Source: Enoplolaimus lenunculus (taxonomy: Eukaryota). From it: a stretch of DNA of 64,000 nt. The stretch is taken from positions 62,001 to 126,000 of the forward strand of contig JASANG010000932.1 in assembly GCA_030248215.1 (NCBI GenBank), given 5' to 3'. The notes under the pieces were generated by a model. That model was not told the DNA's origin and made no database searches. It saw only the letters and a program-made list of their open reading frames with translations. Shown piece after piece: positions 30,731 to 44,163 of the stretch. Made by a program: the position numbers and the translations under genes. Within the stretch, counting starts at the first letter, position 1. The number at the start of each line of letters is the position of its first letter.

Positions 30731-31025
30731 GTAACCAAAATGTAATATCCACTCTTGATAGATACTACCTATCCTGGTAAACATCTCAAACATTCACAGT
30801 ACCTTTTACAAAGCACAAGACCTATCGCTAACTGGTGATAATAAATCATGCCTATAGCCAGCTCACTATACTACACACAGGGTCTAAAACTATTCAACCG
30901 GACATTCAAGTATGTCAAATAACTTACCGAGTGAGGTTGAAACGTTTCTAAGGGCGGACAATGGTCGTTTTTGGGTTCAACGTTAACCACAGACCACTGC
31001 AAAAGTTTTAATACATCACAAAATG

Positions 31026-32341
31026 CACTGTAAATTCCAATGAGTTGATTAATCTATTCAGCTAGCGAGTTGGTTATTTCTGAATTAATATCAGTAAACA
31101 ATAAGTCACTCTGAGTTGAGTTGATTCTTACTCAGCGTTGAGTTGACTCTGGGTGCGTTGATTAATTAACACAGATTGAATTGAAACAACTCAAAATTCT
31201 TAGTTCTGATAGTCCTAACTCAGACAGAGTGATTCAACTCATTCTGAGTTAAAATCAACTCACTAAAATTTACAGTGCGGAATTCTATATGACACACGGG
31301 TTACAAAAATACAATATGGTTGTAGGTATATTTAGTGATGATTTCTAGATGTGGGGTGTTTTATGCGGCGCTATACGGCAATTCACGTCCGTTTACTGCA
31401 TACTGTAAGTTCCTGTGAGTTGATTTTAACTCAAAATCATTTCAATTTACTCACAACCCTCAGTGTAAATTCCAGTTAGTTGATTAAGAATGAGTTGAAT
31501 CCACTCAGAAGATTGAGCTGTGAATTAGGTCTTAACTCGGATTTCTGAATTGAACGAAAAACTCAGAGCGAGTTAATGTTTACTGATTTCAACTCAGAAA
31601 TAACCAGCAATGACTAATTCGCTCTCTGAGTTGATTAATCAACTCAGCAGAATTTACAGCGGTGAGCTCTGAAATAGGTCTTTCAGAACTCGGAATTCTG
31701 AATTGAACGAACTCATTGTGAGTTAATTAATTAACTCACCCGGAATTAAATCAACTCAAGGCGAGCTAGTTGATGTTTCCTTTTTTTTAACTCAGAAATA
31801 ACCACAAATGACTAATACGCTCTCTGAGTTGATTAATGAATCATCGGAATTTACAGTGTACGATGCTAAAATAGCCAAAAAGTATAGCACCAGCTTTAAT
31901 TTCCCATGGATCCACACCGCCTGCATGATTTAAATTTTAATACCAAAACAATTATAGACAGTTTGCCGGCGTTATGAAAACACTGGTTGACTAATTTTTA
32001 TTTCATCTCGACCAATGCCAGCATATCTGTAATGAAAAAATGCGAGACATATATACTTGATTTACAACTAATTTTGAGCCTGAAAATAATAGAATTTCCG
32101 TTATGTCCATAACGGAAACGGACACCTATGTTTACCGGAAACGAAACGGATATCCGGTTACACTTTGTTTCTGAGTTAATAAATAACAAACATTAACTCA
32201 CTCTGCAGTTGATTTAAAATTGATTAATCAACTCAGAATGAGTTCGATCAATTCAGAATTCTGAGTTGTGAAAAACCGTATTCAGACTCACAGTGATTCA
32301 AGTCATTCTGAATTGAAATCAATTCGTTGGAATTTACAGTG
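31026..32341. mobile_element. Cluster of CACTGTAAATTCC/GGAATTTACAGTG family MITEs
   Basis: Full copy at 31026-31277, composite or duplicated copies at about 31401-31858, partial copy at about 32180-32341. Also about 13200-13374 and 50508-50753. Confidence 0.7.
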
Positions 32342-32379
32342 TATATAATATATATGCCAAAAAACTTCCAATGCTAATA

Positions 32380-35300
32380 TCAAGTTAACTCAGCAGTCGC
32401 TGTTTCTTCGATGATCTAAAAATATGAAATACAAATATTAACCGCCCTTGTATACATCTTTCACATTTTGGGTTAACCAATGGTGGTTATGCTAACTGGG
32501 AGTGAAAACCCGTCAAATAGCATGTTTCAAAATGCTTTTTAAAAACAACGAAACGCTAATATGAATCGCTTGCGTAACAAAACGCTATTAACCACTAAAA
32601 TGCTTTCTAGCATTTGTCAAAAACGCTATTTTAGCATCAATACAAACGCATTTTTTTTCAAAACGTGAAAATTGTTTTATATTTCACAAATTTGACAAAA
32701 TTACTTAGCTAGTGAAAATAAACGGAACCTGGATTAATTTTTCTAATCCAATCAAATAACCGTCTTCGTGGTTGCCCAATTTCCATTCGCTGCGATGATC
32801 CAACGTAAGCGATTCGTCGACCGGCAACACTTTAGCGAAATCAATCATCCATGCACCAACTTTGCTGGCATCGTATACGATTAATATTGAACTACCGATT
32901 ACCTAAAAATACATCATACAAATTCTCAAAATAAATATTAACCAAAAAGATTTTTAATAAAAAAGATGCCATGAAAAAAATACAACCGCATGTTCGTCGG
33001 AGCGCCAGTGCAGGAGCAGGCAGCGGTGGGTGCCCCCCACCAAATTCCAGGGTGGGGGCTCCCCCCAAATTCTAGTTTGGGGGCCCCAAACTCGCGAGCG
33101 AGAAGCCAGACGCATTTTAAAACTTAAGCGGTTTTTGTTTCAACCGGTTAGGGTGGAGGCTTCTTTAGTGGAGCCCCCCTCAAATGGGGGGTATGGGGGG
33201 TGGTTGCTCCGGCCCTGCGGAGCGCAACCGGTCGTAAACAAGACCGGAACCGGAGCTGGTCAAAACATTTTTCCGAAATCGGATACGAAACTAATTTGTA
33301 GACAATGAAAATGATACGGAGGCTTGTCAAACATAAACGGGTTCGAGTTGATGATGCAGTTTGAAATTATAGTTTCACCGTTTACCGATACTTAACGGTA
33401 ACCCCCCCCCCCGCAACTAAAAATACTGCGCACGGCTTCGGCAGGAATCGAACTCTTTAATCTTTTAGCCTAAACCAAAAATATATCTGGCGTACAGGGC
33501 AAATAGCCAGTAGGTCGGGATTGCAATACGAACCACTCAACCAAATGAAAAAATTCGTTGCTTTCGCAATTTGTTTCTCAATAAGTAAACGACTGTGCTG
33601 ATTTATAGAAAAGTTCAATGTTTAGCGAAAGTTTAGTAATGTATTTTGGTTTAAATTTAAAACAAAAAAAGATTAACTTTATATATTTCATACGAATTAA
33701 ACCAGTGGTAATTTTTACGAATTTGAGCCAATCAGCAAAATGCAAAAATTACATAGCTATGTAATGTTTGGCCCTTGTTACATTTAGGGCCGTGCCGGTT
33801 TCTGGTGGGTCTGTAAAAGAGTTGGCTTACATTCTAGACTACATTTTTCGCTTAGGCTTAGGCTTACGCTTAGGAATACGCTTTTGCAACTCTTAGGCTT
33901 AGGAATACGCTTTTGCAACGCTTAGGCTTAGGCTTAGAAACACGCTTTTGCAACGCTTAGGCTTAGGCTTAGGCTTAGAAATACGCTTTTGCAACGCTTA
34001 GGCTTAAGCTTAGGCTGAGGAATACGCTTAATCTATTATTAACGGCCCTAAAAGTAACATTGGCCTAATTTGTCTATAAAATACACTCATTAATTTGGCA
34101 CTGTTTAGGATTAAAATGCCAGGGTCAATTTTTACCGCAACTCCAGTCAGTTCGATCCTCCGCTTACTTCGTGCGATTGAAACAGCGGTGATTTTTCGAT
34201 GCGATTTTGCATTCGCCGGAGTCGCTCGACAAGTTTGTCGCGAACGTTGTTGTGACCGTTGAAAAATTTACACATCAACTCCAACACTTGTGCGCGTGTT
34301 TTGATTTTCTTAAAATCTTTCTTCAATGGCTTTGATGGCATCTGTAAAAAAGTGAGTAAAATTTGTAATGAAAATAGCCAATGATACTATTAGGGGTATA
34401 ACAGTAGATTAAGCGTATTTGTAAGCCTAAGCCTACGTCTAAGCGTTGCAAAAATGTGTGCCTAAGCCTAAGCCTAAGCCTAAGCATTGCAAAAATGTGT
34501 TCCTAAGCCTAAGCCTAAGCCTAAGCATTTCAAAAAAGTGTTCCTAAGCCTAAGCCTAAGCATTTCAAAAAAGTGTTCCTAAGCCTAAGCCTAAGCATTG
34601 CAAAAATGTGTTCCTAAGCCTAAGCCTAAGCCTAAGCCTAAGCATTGCAAAAATGTGTTCCTAAGCCTAAGCCTAAGCCTAAGCATTCCAAAAAAGTGTT
34701 CCTAAGCCTAAGCCTAAGCATTTCAAAAAAGTGTTCCTAAGCCTAAGCCTAAGCATTGCAAAAATGTGTTCCTAAGCCTAAGCCTAAGCCTAAGCCTAAG
34801 CATTGCAAAAATGTGTTCCTAAGCCTAAGCCTAAGCATTTCAAAAAAGTGTTCCTAAGCCTAAGCCTAAGCATTGCAAAAATGTGTTCCTAAGCCTAAGC
34901 CTAAACCTAAGCATTTCAAAAAAGTGTTCCTAAGCCTAAGCCTAAGCATTGCAAAATGTGTTCCTAAGCCTAAGCCTAAGCCTAAGCATTGCAAAAATGT
35001 GTTCCTAAGCCTAAGCCTAAGCCTAAGCCTAAGCATTGCAAAAATGTGTTCCTAAGCCTAAGCCTAAGCCTAAGCATTGCAAAAATGTGTTCCTAAGCCT
35101 AAGCCTAAGCATTGCAAAAATGTGTTCCTAAGCCTAAGCCTAAGCCTAAGCATTGCAAAAATGTGTTCCTAAGCCTAAGCCTAAGCATTGCAAAAATGTG
35201 TTCCTAAGCCTAAGCCTAAGCATTGCAAAAATGTGTTCCTAAGCCTAAGCCTAAGCCTAAGCATTGCAAAAATGTGTTCCTAAGCCTAAGCCTAAGCCTA

Positions 35301-38300
35301 AGCATTGCAAAAATGTGTTCCTAAGCCTAAGCCTAAGCCTAAGCATTGCAAAATGTGTTCCTAAGCCTAAGCCTAAGCCTAAGCATTGCAAAAATGTGTT
35401 CCTAAGCCTAAGCCTAAGCCTAAGCATTGCAAAAATGTGTTCCTAAGCCTAAGCCTAAGCCTAAGCATTGCAAAAATGTGTTCCTAAGCCTAAGCCTAAG
35501 CCTAAGCATTGCAAAAATGTGTTCCTAAGCCTAAGCTGAAACCTAGGCACAAAAATGTAACGCCCTTAAAAGTAAGAGGCCGTACAGTGCTGCGCGCTAT
35601 CCGCGCCTATGTATATTATTAAAGCTAGAATGCTCTACAGACGTATTCTGGCGAAGAATATGTTTGCACTGGAAATTTATGTAAATGTTTTGAAAATTAA
35701 ACGCCTAATTTGCAAATTAGCCAATATTTGATGCATATTCTTTGGCTTTATTTTTTGTAAAATTTTAAACTTGTGAAATCTGTACTTGGAACTTTGGTAT
35801 GTTAAGAATGGTTTCATATGTTGCATATTTTTGCTAATTTTGCAACCACTTTGATTAATGAATATAACTAAAGCTAAAAAGCACCACATACGTGTATTGG
35901 GAAGCGTTCCGTCAGATTTGTACATCCATATGCAAATTTGTTTCTATACTTCTAAGTCAAAAATTGTTTACATTGAAATTGACATTCTGTTATTTTTTCA
36001 ATTGTCAATCAAGTTTCAATGCTTAAAAACAGACTTGCTTGAACAAATCCTTCTTAACATATGCCAAAACACAGTGTATTAAGAGAGTTGTACATGTGTG
36101 CAACTACGGATTACAAGTTTGAACAATTTAGTATAATTTAATTACAGCAGTTTGCGAGCAGATACGTTAGACCGACTTTCTATCATATCCAAAATAACAC
36201 TGGTATAGGTTATATTTTACAAATGTAATAACACTTAAGGTGGATCTATTTTAAAATTTTCACACCAATTCATTTACCTTGATAGCTTCAATTCGAAATC
36301 CAAGACTTGCAGTTGAACTTTCACGTTCCCGAAACTGAAAAAAATCCAAATACTAAAAGTCAACAAAGATTTGAAAAAATTCTATCAAATGTTCACGGAA
36401 GTATACAAGGGGAGGCAGTAAATAGAAGGGTATATCCCCCCGAAATTCCAAGAGGCCTTAAAAACGGCAATCCTACAGGCTATAAAATAACCTGTCAAAA
36501 AAATTTCTGGTGCGCTGGCTACGCTGGTTTGCAAAAACTCTTTTAGACGTGGTTATTTTTTCTCGAAATATAATATCGTATAACGCACTGACAAAATTTA
36601 GAAGAACAATAATGAAACGAAGCCTAAACTGTATATTTCGCCGTGTATTGTATATTAGCAAGAGACCTCAAACAAATTGCTTAACTTAATATCTCAGCTG
36701 CGGCGACTAATCTAAAAAGTTAAGCTAAAATCTTTAGGCTGTCCTTAAATGACCCGTTTAGCTCGCCTATGTCATATTCGGGTTCCAAAATTTGACACGG
36801 AGCGAGTGGCATACAAAAAATAAGCTGAAAAAATTAGACAATTTTGCCATACTTAATCTAGAAATTGGAAATTTTATTCGGTTAAACTCCGTTCGCAGTC
36901 AAATTTTGGAAAAGATACAAGCGGTTGTGGGTGTGATAGCGTTTCTATTGGGAAAGTAAACGACGATTCGCTCTAAAGTGTGGCAGCCCTAATATGCAGA
37001 TTGACCGTCTGGCCGACGAGACGAATATGTGACGGATCGGATGCAATTTTTACGTCATTGAAGCAAAATTTAAAAAAACTTAGCTATGTAATTAGTTTTC
37101 TAAATAGTTACCGGTTCACCGGTTTATATCAAAATGCCAGGGTCGATTTTTAGTACACCGTCGAACCGTGCCAGCCAGCGGCTGATCCAGAAATTTGAAA
37201 CGGGGCGAAGCGGGCTGGCAAAAGTTATGAAACGCAATTTTTACTGTATGCTATATATGTGCCAAAAGGGGGAACATAGTTGTGGACGCTTATAATTTTT
37301 GTCACAAAAAATTTAGACAGGGGAATATCACCCTCCACATCCGTTGCTGGATCCGGTTGTGCTGGCAATTTACCTGCATATATCGGAGCTTAGTAATTGA
37401 ACGGTCTTGTTTTTCATCCGGAGTCGGTTCGTTTGGATCCACTTTGATCATTTTTTGATACAAATCGCTTCGTTTGGTCGGATTGGTTACTTCTGATTCA
37501 AGGAATGTTCTACAAAATCCAGCATCCTTAAAATCCGGTACGTGGTCACCAAGTCAAAATGTCACAACGGGACGACAACGTAACAGATGGGACAAGCAAT
37601 GATTGCACACCATTTACACCAGTAGGAGATCAAAGTTGTTCAAACGAGGCGATGAGCGAACCCTGGCCCTCTTTTAACTACCGGAGTGAACTCAGGTTCA
37701 AATTAGTTTTACCAAGAGTCGATATATTAAAAGAGTACATCAAATATAGGTAATAGTGAATTTCTGGTTCGAATAGGCACGTAATCATTAACATGACAGG
37801 CGCTTCCACACCCCCCACATTTAAGGTTAAGACTTTGAGACTTACGCTCAGGATTAGGCTAGTTCAAATCTTGTAAAATCTGAGCCTGAGGCTAAGCCTA
37901 AATCTGTGGAGCACAAGTGTACGCCACAAGATAAAATGAAACCCCGAAAGTAAAATTATAAGAAATGTGGCTATACTTTGAGGGGCGTAACAGTAGATTA
38001 AGCGTATTCCTCTAAACCTAAGCCTAAGCCGAAGCGTTGCAAAAATGAGTCCCTAAGCCTAAGTCTAAGCAAAAAAATGTAACCTGGAATCTAAACCTAC
38101 TTTTATATACCGACCCGAAACCTGGACGCCCCTTAAAGCAATATGGGCCAGAAATGTGATACCCCAAGCTATGCTGAACAGGCCCGTAGCCAATTCAACC
38201 AGCTGGGTGACAAATAGTTCTAGTGGGTTGAGCCCTCTGACCCGCCGTAGGCTACAGGCCACAGCACTACCCCCGTCAACTCACCGTGTTCCCATTTTGA

Positions 38301-41300
38301 CGTCCATAATCGCAGGATCGTCAAAATAATGACACAAATCTTCAATTTCGATAAAAACTAAAAAAACAAATATATATTATATATCAGGGTGCGGACCGGA
38401 TATCCGGTTCCGGTTTATTATCCGGAAAAAAAACTGACATCCGTATCTGCAAGAGTGGCCGGACACGGGATTAAGCAAAAATTACAAGTCTGTCGGGGGG
38501 GGGGGGGGGTCGCTACAAGGATGAGAGTACCCAGCGAAAAAGCCCTCAAACTCAATTCGCGTCCTTATTCACGTCCCCATAGACGAGGTACGTCTACTTG
38601 TTATATTCGAGCGATCATGTTTGATTAACTGGAAATTTCCGGCAACAAACAATAATTTTACCGGTGTAAACGGCTCCCACAGGCAAAAATTCCTAAATTG
38701 AAACCGGCCTCTGTGGTTGAAGCCCCCACTCTATCGGAACCTAGAAAATGCCCAGTAAGTAGAGACAAATCGTTTTCTGGGTCGGGGGCTGACTTTTCGG
38801 GGTGAGGGGGTGCGTGGTTGACTTGGCTTTTGCCGGATACCCGCCCGCCTCAAAGTTGAATTTCTGTAGCGGTATGGATGGTATTCCGGACGGCATATTT
38901 TCAATACCACCAAGCCTACATCCCTGAGGTCCAATATTTTTACCAACGTTCCACTTTCACAAGCGGATGCAGAAAATATCGGAAACGTACCCCAGCCAGA
39001 AATTTTTTCGCGACAAAATGGTAAGGTCCTCGGGGCTAAAAAATATTCAGGAGGGAAATTCCAGGATTGTCGTTGACTTATAAGCAAGGTTGAAAATTTT
39101 CTATGGAAGGGCCTCAATATTTCCACGAGGGCTCAGCGACCCCCCCACTGGGTCCCGTTGGTTACGGGTCTGCCACGACCGTAGAATTTTTCTTTATTGG
39201 CCACTTACAATCGCCGTTGTATTCGACTTCGCGATAAAATTTCGGCACCAACGGACACACGATATCGTTCATCATTTTGATATAAGCCGTCGTTTCATTC
39301 GAATCGTTCGCAACTCGCTTTTTCCACAGGGTTTTCTCGGTTGCGGGTACAATGGTGCCAGCGTGGCCTGAGACTTGTGTAAAACTTTTCAGCCGTTCTT
39401 TGAGCCATTCGGAGATACAAACGGCCGGCGCGGTAAGATCAAACGAACCCTGAAATTAAACCAAAAACAAACTGAACTATTTCATTCAATTAATTGGCGC
39501 TGTCTAATCGCAATTCAACAAGTGGGGCAGAATCCAAGGCAGTAGCGAATGGGGGGGGGCGGGGGATCATCCTTTTTTACTGAGGTCCGCTCCGGTAGCC
39601 AGAGGGGGGCTCAGGCATTCTGAAATATTTTTGCCACCTCCGCTGGAAAATTTTCAAGCTCGCCTGTAAGTTAATGAAAATCCTTGTATGTACCCTCCTG
39701 AAAATGTTTTAGCCCCCCTTGCAAGGTGAGCTGGTAACGGGTCTGGCAAGACCCATGCAGGACTTTGCAATCCAGAGTTGGGAATGGCTTAAAAATTTGG
39801 CAAATATTGATGGATTACGGCAGGTCATCCTGATTCAAATCTTTGTGATCCTTGGGAGCGGAAAAATTTATTCAGCACTAAAACTTTGTATGCTTCAACT
39901 AACTTATCACTGCTTTAATACGTTATATACCAGTCGTAGTGGGACTACATTTATTGAGCGAAGCTCGAACACACGTAAGCAATTAAGGTAATATGCAAAT
40001 CAGTTATTAGCTAACTATTCATTTATCGGTTTTGGAGGTTTGTAAGCAATTTCCTTAAATTCCTCGCACCCAAAACCCTTCAGCCACCCTTAATAATTTT
40101 TGGAATAATTTAAAAAGCCATAATTTTGTCTTGTCAATTAAGCTAATATGCAAATTATCTATTAGCTAACTATTCGATAATCGCCTTTAAAGGTTTGTAG
40201 ACAATTTATGCAGATTCCTCGCACCAGAAAACCCATTATTGCTGAAATTAGATTGCTTGTAACCCTAATAATTAGTGAAACATTGTAAAAACGCCTAATT
40301 TAGCTTATCAACTATGCTTATATGCAAATTATCTATTAGCTAACTACTCAATTATTGGTTTTAGACGTTTGTAAACAATTTATTCAGATTCCTCGCACCT
40401 AAAAACCCTTTAATGCTGAAATTATATTGCTTTTAACCTTAATAATTAGTGAAATATTGTAAAAAGTCCTGATTTAGCATTATAAACTATGCGCTAATAT
40501 GCAAATTATCTATTAGCTAACTGTTCAATTATTCGTTTTGGAGATTTGTAAACAGTCAAGCAGATTTATCGCACCCAAAACCCTTTAACGCTAAAATTAG
40601 ATTGCTTCTAACTGTAATAATTAGTGAAATATTGTGGAAAGTCCTAATTTAGGCTTAATTAAATATGCAAATTAGCCAGCTAATAAACGGCTTAAAATTT
40701 TCAAACCCCAATGCGAGGTTAACACCCCAGGATAATTGGCTTTCAAACAAAAAAAGTTTATCAAAATCGGTTCAGCCGTTTTTGAGATTCTTTTCGGACG
40801 GACGGACGGACATCCACCTTTCGACCCCCAAGTACAAAACATAAAACGCATCGCGAAACTCCGAGCTTGGCTCGGAGTTTCGCTTCGCTCAATAATAGAA
40901 ATCCCAATCATGAGACTATGTCAATGATGTAATGCCGAGATACATTTATTTGAACGTAACCGTCAGCCTAAACCCACCCTGGCTCGAGCACGTAGTCAGA
41001 TCAGGGGTTATGGCGTATAGATCTCTCCAAATTTTCGAAGCATAACCGAATTCACCCTTTTACTCACGAGTCTAAGCCCCAACCAGATTGAAATCCTAGT
41101 CTTACCCATGCACTTGCCCTGCCTCAACCGTTCACCCATCTTTTATCCAAAAACTTACAATCGCCAGCGCTCCAATAGTATCCAACCCACAATGTGATGT
41201 TGACCGCGACCGAACATATCCAAACATATCCGCCGCGTAATTGGATCCTTTCAATTTATTACGTTTCGCATGCACGTCACCGGCCATTCCCGACTGCGTC

Positions 41301-43906
41301 ATCGATGACGTCATCGGTTTTGTGTACGTCATACTACGTTTCAGTCGTCGCCGCCAGTCCTTCGATGCGCCGCCGCTTGTATTTCGTTGACGGCCGGCGT
41401 CCAGCGATTTTCCGCCAATCGGTTTCGTAGTCAGTGCGCTGCCGCGATTTTTACTACCAGAAGCGGTTACCGATTTATTACTCAACGTATCTGGCAAACC
41501 GGTTTCCTCCACAAAACGATAACTACACAATGACGTCATTTGTATTGTGTAGCTATCGTCATCGATGACATCATCCCGCGTGGTCGACATCAAAGGAACG
41601 CCGCGATGACGGTTAACGCTTCGATCTTGCTGTTTGTCGACACTTTGCTCTCGCCGCCGGCCGATGCCGCTTTGATCATGCCGCTCGATTTGAAACGGAA
41701 AACATTTGATGATTCGCTCGATCAGTTCGTCAACGTCGATGCCAACAATATCCAAATGCTCGTATCGAGGCGATCCAGCGGTCAACACTGAAATCGCTTT
41801 TGCGTCGTCGCCGACAAAATTTCGATTTTTCAGCCAATTTTGTCGTTGTGTTGCTGCTGTTGCCATCGTCTTTCGGTTCAAGTTTGGTTCACTGCGACAC
41901 AACGGTGAAGTTGCCACCAGTTCGCGCGCCGTCGACTCCTGGTTCTCGGCGGCTGGTAGGCCATTGTCATTTTCGGGCTTGTTCAAGCCAGTGTCGTAGC
42001 TAGCCTTGAGCGGGAAAAATTTATTCAGTCGACAGCTGCGACGCGACGCGAAAACTAATGTGTCTTGTTTTTGATCGCTAGCTATGGTGGCGGTAGAGAC
42101 GGGAGCGGGCCTCGATGTAGAGACAGGGCTTTGGCAAGCGCCTGTAACTTGGCGCTTCTGCGAATGACCGTTATTATCTTGACGTTTTTCAAACAACTTC
42201 CCGCGAACAACAGGGATTCCTTCGCATTCACACGCACAATGCAAGTCGATATGTTCAAAACTTACACTACTGAGTATTGATTGACGGACATCGCTAGCAC
42301 ATACATCAAACTGCTCGCTAAAACACCGTTTACACGAGGGTCGAACCTTAGAGCGGCTCCCTGGCTCGTCGTCAGAGTTAGGGACACAACTATCGGTCGC
42401 ATGTTTTGAAGATTTTCCCACGGATAAATTTCGAGTATTAGAATAGTTTTGTTGATCAGGACGTGATGAGCTTAGCAGAGTATTTGAAGTTTCATAATTT
42501 TCCGAAAAGGTTTGGCTGGGTTTAGAGGAGCAGGCATCCGGACTTGCGGGACTGACTGGGTACCGATGTGACGGGACACTTGAGGAAGAATGATGACTGT
42601 GTTTGAACCATGTACGCTCACAAGCCGTTGGTATATTGACTGGTAAATGCTGAAACAAAAAAGTTCAACCCGGCCGTTGAAACAATTGAGTTTCATTGGA
42701 AATCAAAGCCAAAATAACCACGTCCTTTAAGACTCGTCGAGGGAGTCCAAAACTCAACGCCCGGCCGAAACGTTTCTAGACGGCAGACCAGAGCTTTGCC
42801 TCCGGCTGCGGTTTAAATTCGACCTCCGGCGCCAGCTTTATCTCACGATAGAATTTTTGACGGACGTTCCGGCAATTTCGGCAATGAAATTTTTGCATAT
42901 TTTGGCAACCAGTTTTTTTCGTTCAGCGAGTTTGTTAGTAAATTTTGCGCAAATTTCGAAGTTTATAAAATCGTTTGGTATCTGTTCTCAAAAAACTGAC
43001 AATTTAAACAATGGTTTGACACCAATATTTATGGCATTTAAACTAAATAAATTTGCGTGCTTTATAGATACTTAGCTTTGCTTCACCTCCGGATTTGGTT
43101 CCGCTAAATTTTGTCGACTTCGGTTCCGGTTCCGGCTCTGCTCACTTCCGATTGCACCCAGCTACATTTGGTGCTACCCCAGCCGCCCGTTCGCCTCCCC
43201 TGGCAATTGAATGCAGTGGTCTATTCTAAAAATACAATCTTACGACTTTAAGTGCAAACCTAACCAAGGCTTAGGCATAAGCTTACGTTTCGAAGCAAAC
43301 TTCAAGCAATTAGCTATCATCCTAGTGGCCCATGTAAAGATCATGGGCGAAACATTTTTCTGTGAGACTAGAAAAGAGTAAGGTTTAGCCATAGACTAAT
43401 TTTTTGTTTAGCTAAGGCTTAGGCTTAGGAATATGCTCATTCTTACGCTTAGGCTTATGCTTAAGCGTAAGAATATGCTTATACTACTGCTCCGCATAAG
43501 TTCTTTACATTCGCCACTTGAGTTATAGCCAAACTGACTCAATAACATGCTTCAGTGTTAATTTGATAATAAAAAAATTTTCCCACACTATCGTTCATGA
43601 TTTTCTTAGCTTTAGCGTTTCCTTAGCCAATGGGTTAGGCGCCTATCCCTAAGAGTATCCCCTAAGCGTCAACCTATTTGACTGATCCAGACATTAATGT
43701 GTGTGGGTGAACTTTTTTGCTGATAGGGGGGTTAGTAAACAAGTGTCATGAAACTTCACCTCATCGACTCCATTTGTTTCGCTGGTCGATGCATAATTTT
43801 GATCGACTTGTGGCGAACGGTTTGGTTTTCGGTTTACAAATCGACACGACGGTATGCTACCGTGTTCAATTTTCAACGCCGACTGACGACTTTGCATACA
43901 ACCCAT
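32380..43906 (-). CDS. lfe-2: Inositol-1,4,5-trisphosphate 3-kinase, LFE-2-like (~842 aa, 9 exons)
   Basis: Minus-strand exons 43906-43760, 42649-41159, 39449-39209, 38357-38285, 37509-37374, 36334-36278, 34341-34168, 32902-32729, 32415-32380, phase-consistent. Motifs: [26 protein letters not shown] (PxxxDxKxG), [58 protein letters not shown]. The first exon (weak GTGAAG donor) and last exon are less certain; the gene could instead stop at 32705. Confidence 0.9.
33770..34065 (+). mobile_element. Telomere-repeat MITE, subfamily C, in IP3K intron 7
   Basis: GGCCCTTGTTACATTTAGGGCCG...CGGCCCTAAAAGTAACATTGGCC; four spacers of the GAATACGCTTTTGCAAC type. Confidence 0.85.
34376..35581 (-). mobile_element. 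Telomere-repeat MITE, subfamily C, with 1.1-kb expanded array, in IP3K intron 6
   Basis: AGCCAATGATACTATTAGGGG...CGCCCTTAAAAGTAAGAGGCC; 28 spacers CATT(G/T)CAAAAA(T/A)GTGTT alternating with (CCTAAG)3-5. No clear TSD. Confidence 0.85.
37969..38149 (-). mobile_element. Telomere-repeat MITE, subfamily C, in IP3K intron 4
   Basis: Perfect 8-bp TSD AGAAATGT. Confidence 0.85.
39951..40895. mobile_element. Helentron/DINE-like rolling-circle non-autonomous element containing a ~155-177-bp tandem repeat
   Basis: 14-bp inverted ends TTATTGAGCGAAGC/GCTTCGCTCAATAA; 14-bp stem-loop at 40853-40883; (GGAC)4 microsatellite; repeat units start ATATGCAAAT at 39991, 40146, 40320, 40497 and 40663. Class assignment is inference from architecture. 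Confidence 0.65.
43327..43515 (+). mobile_element. Telomere-repeat MITE in IP3K intron 1
   Basis: GGCCCATGTAAAGATCATGGGCG...GTTCTTTACATTCGCC. Confidence 0.75.
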
Positions 43907-44163
43907 GGGTTGAAAATAAGTAATAAATAATATAAAATTGAAATTACACTTGTTTACAAAACCCTGATATTTAAGATAATTCCTTAAAAATGATAAAGTA
44001 AAAACAAGCAAGTATCGGGTATTGGTTGTTCGCTCATTTATCTGCGAAAAATTATCCAATCGGAAGCTCGCTTGGCTCATATTCATTTCAGGAACTTTCT
44101 CACTACTGAGACCGGGGCACTAAGAGACTAGGACGATTAAGCGTATTTCAAGGCTTAGGCTTA

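Noticed and set aside
34376..35581. Repeat-spacer pattern resembling a CRISPR array or a true telomere
   Set aside because: Spacers are near-identical rather than unique, there are no cas genes and the context is eukaryotic. The array is intronic, interrupted and bounded by TIRs, so it is not a chromosome end.
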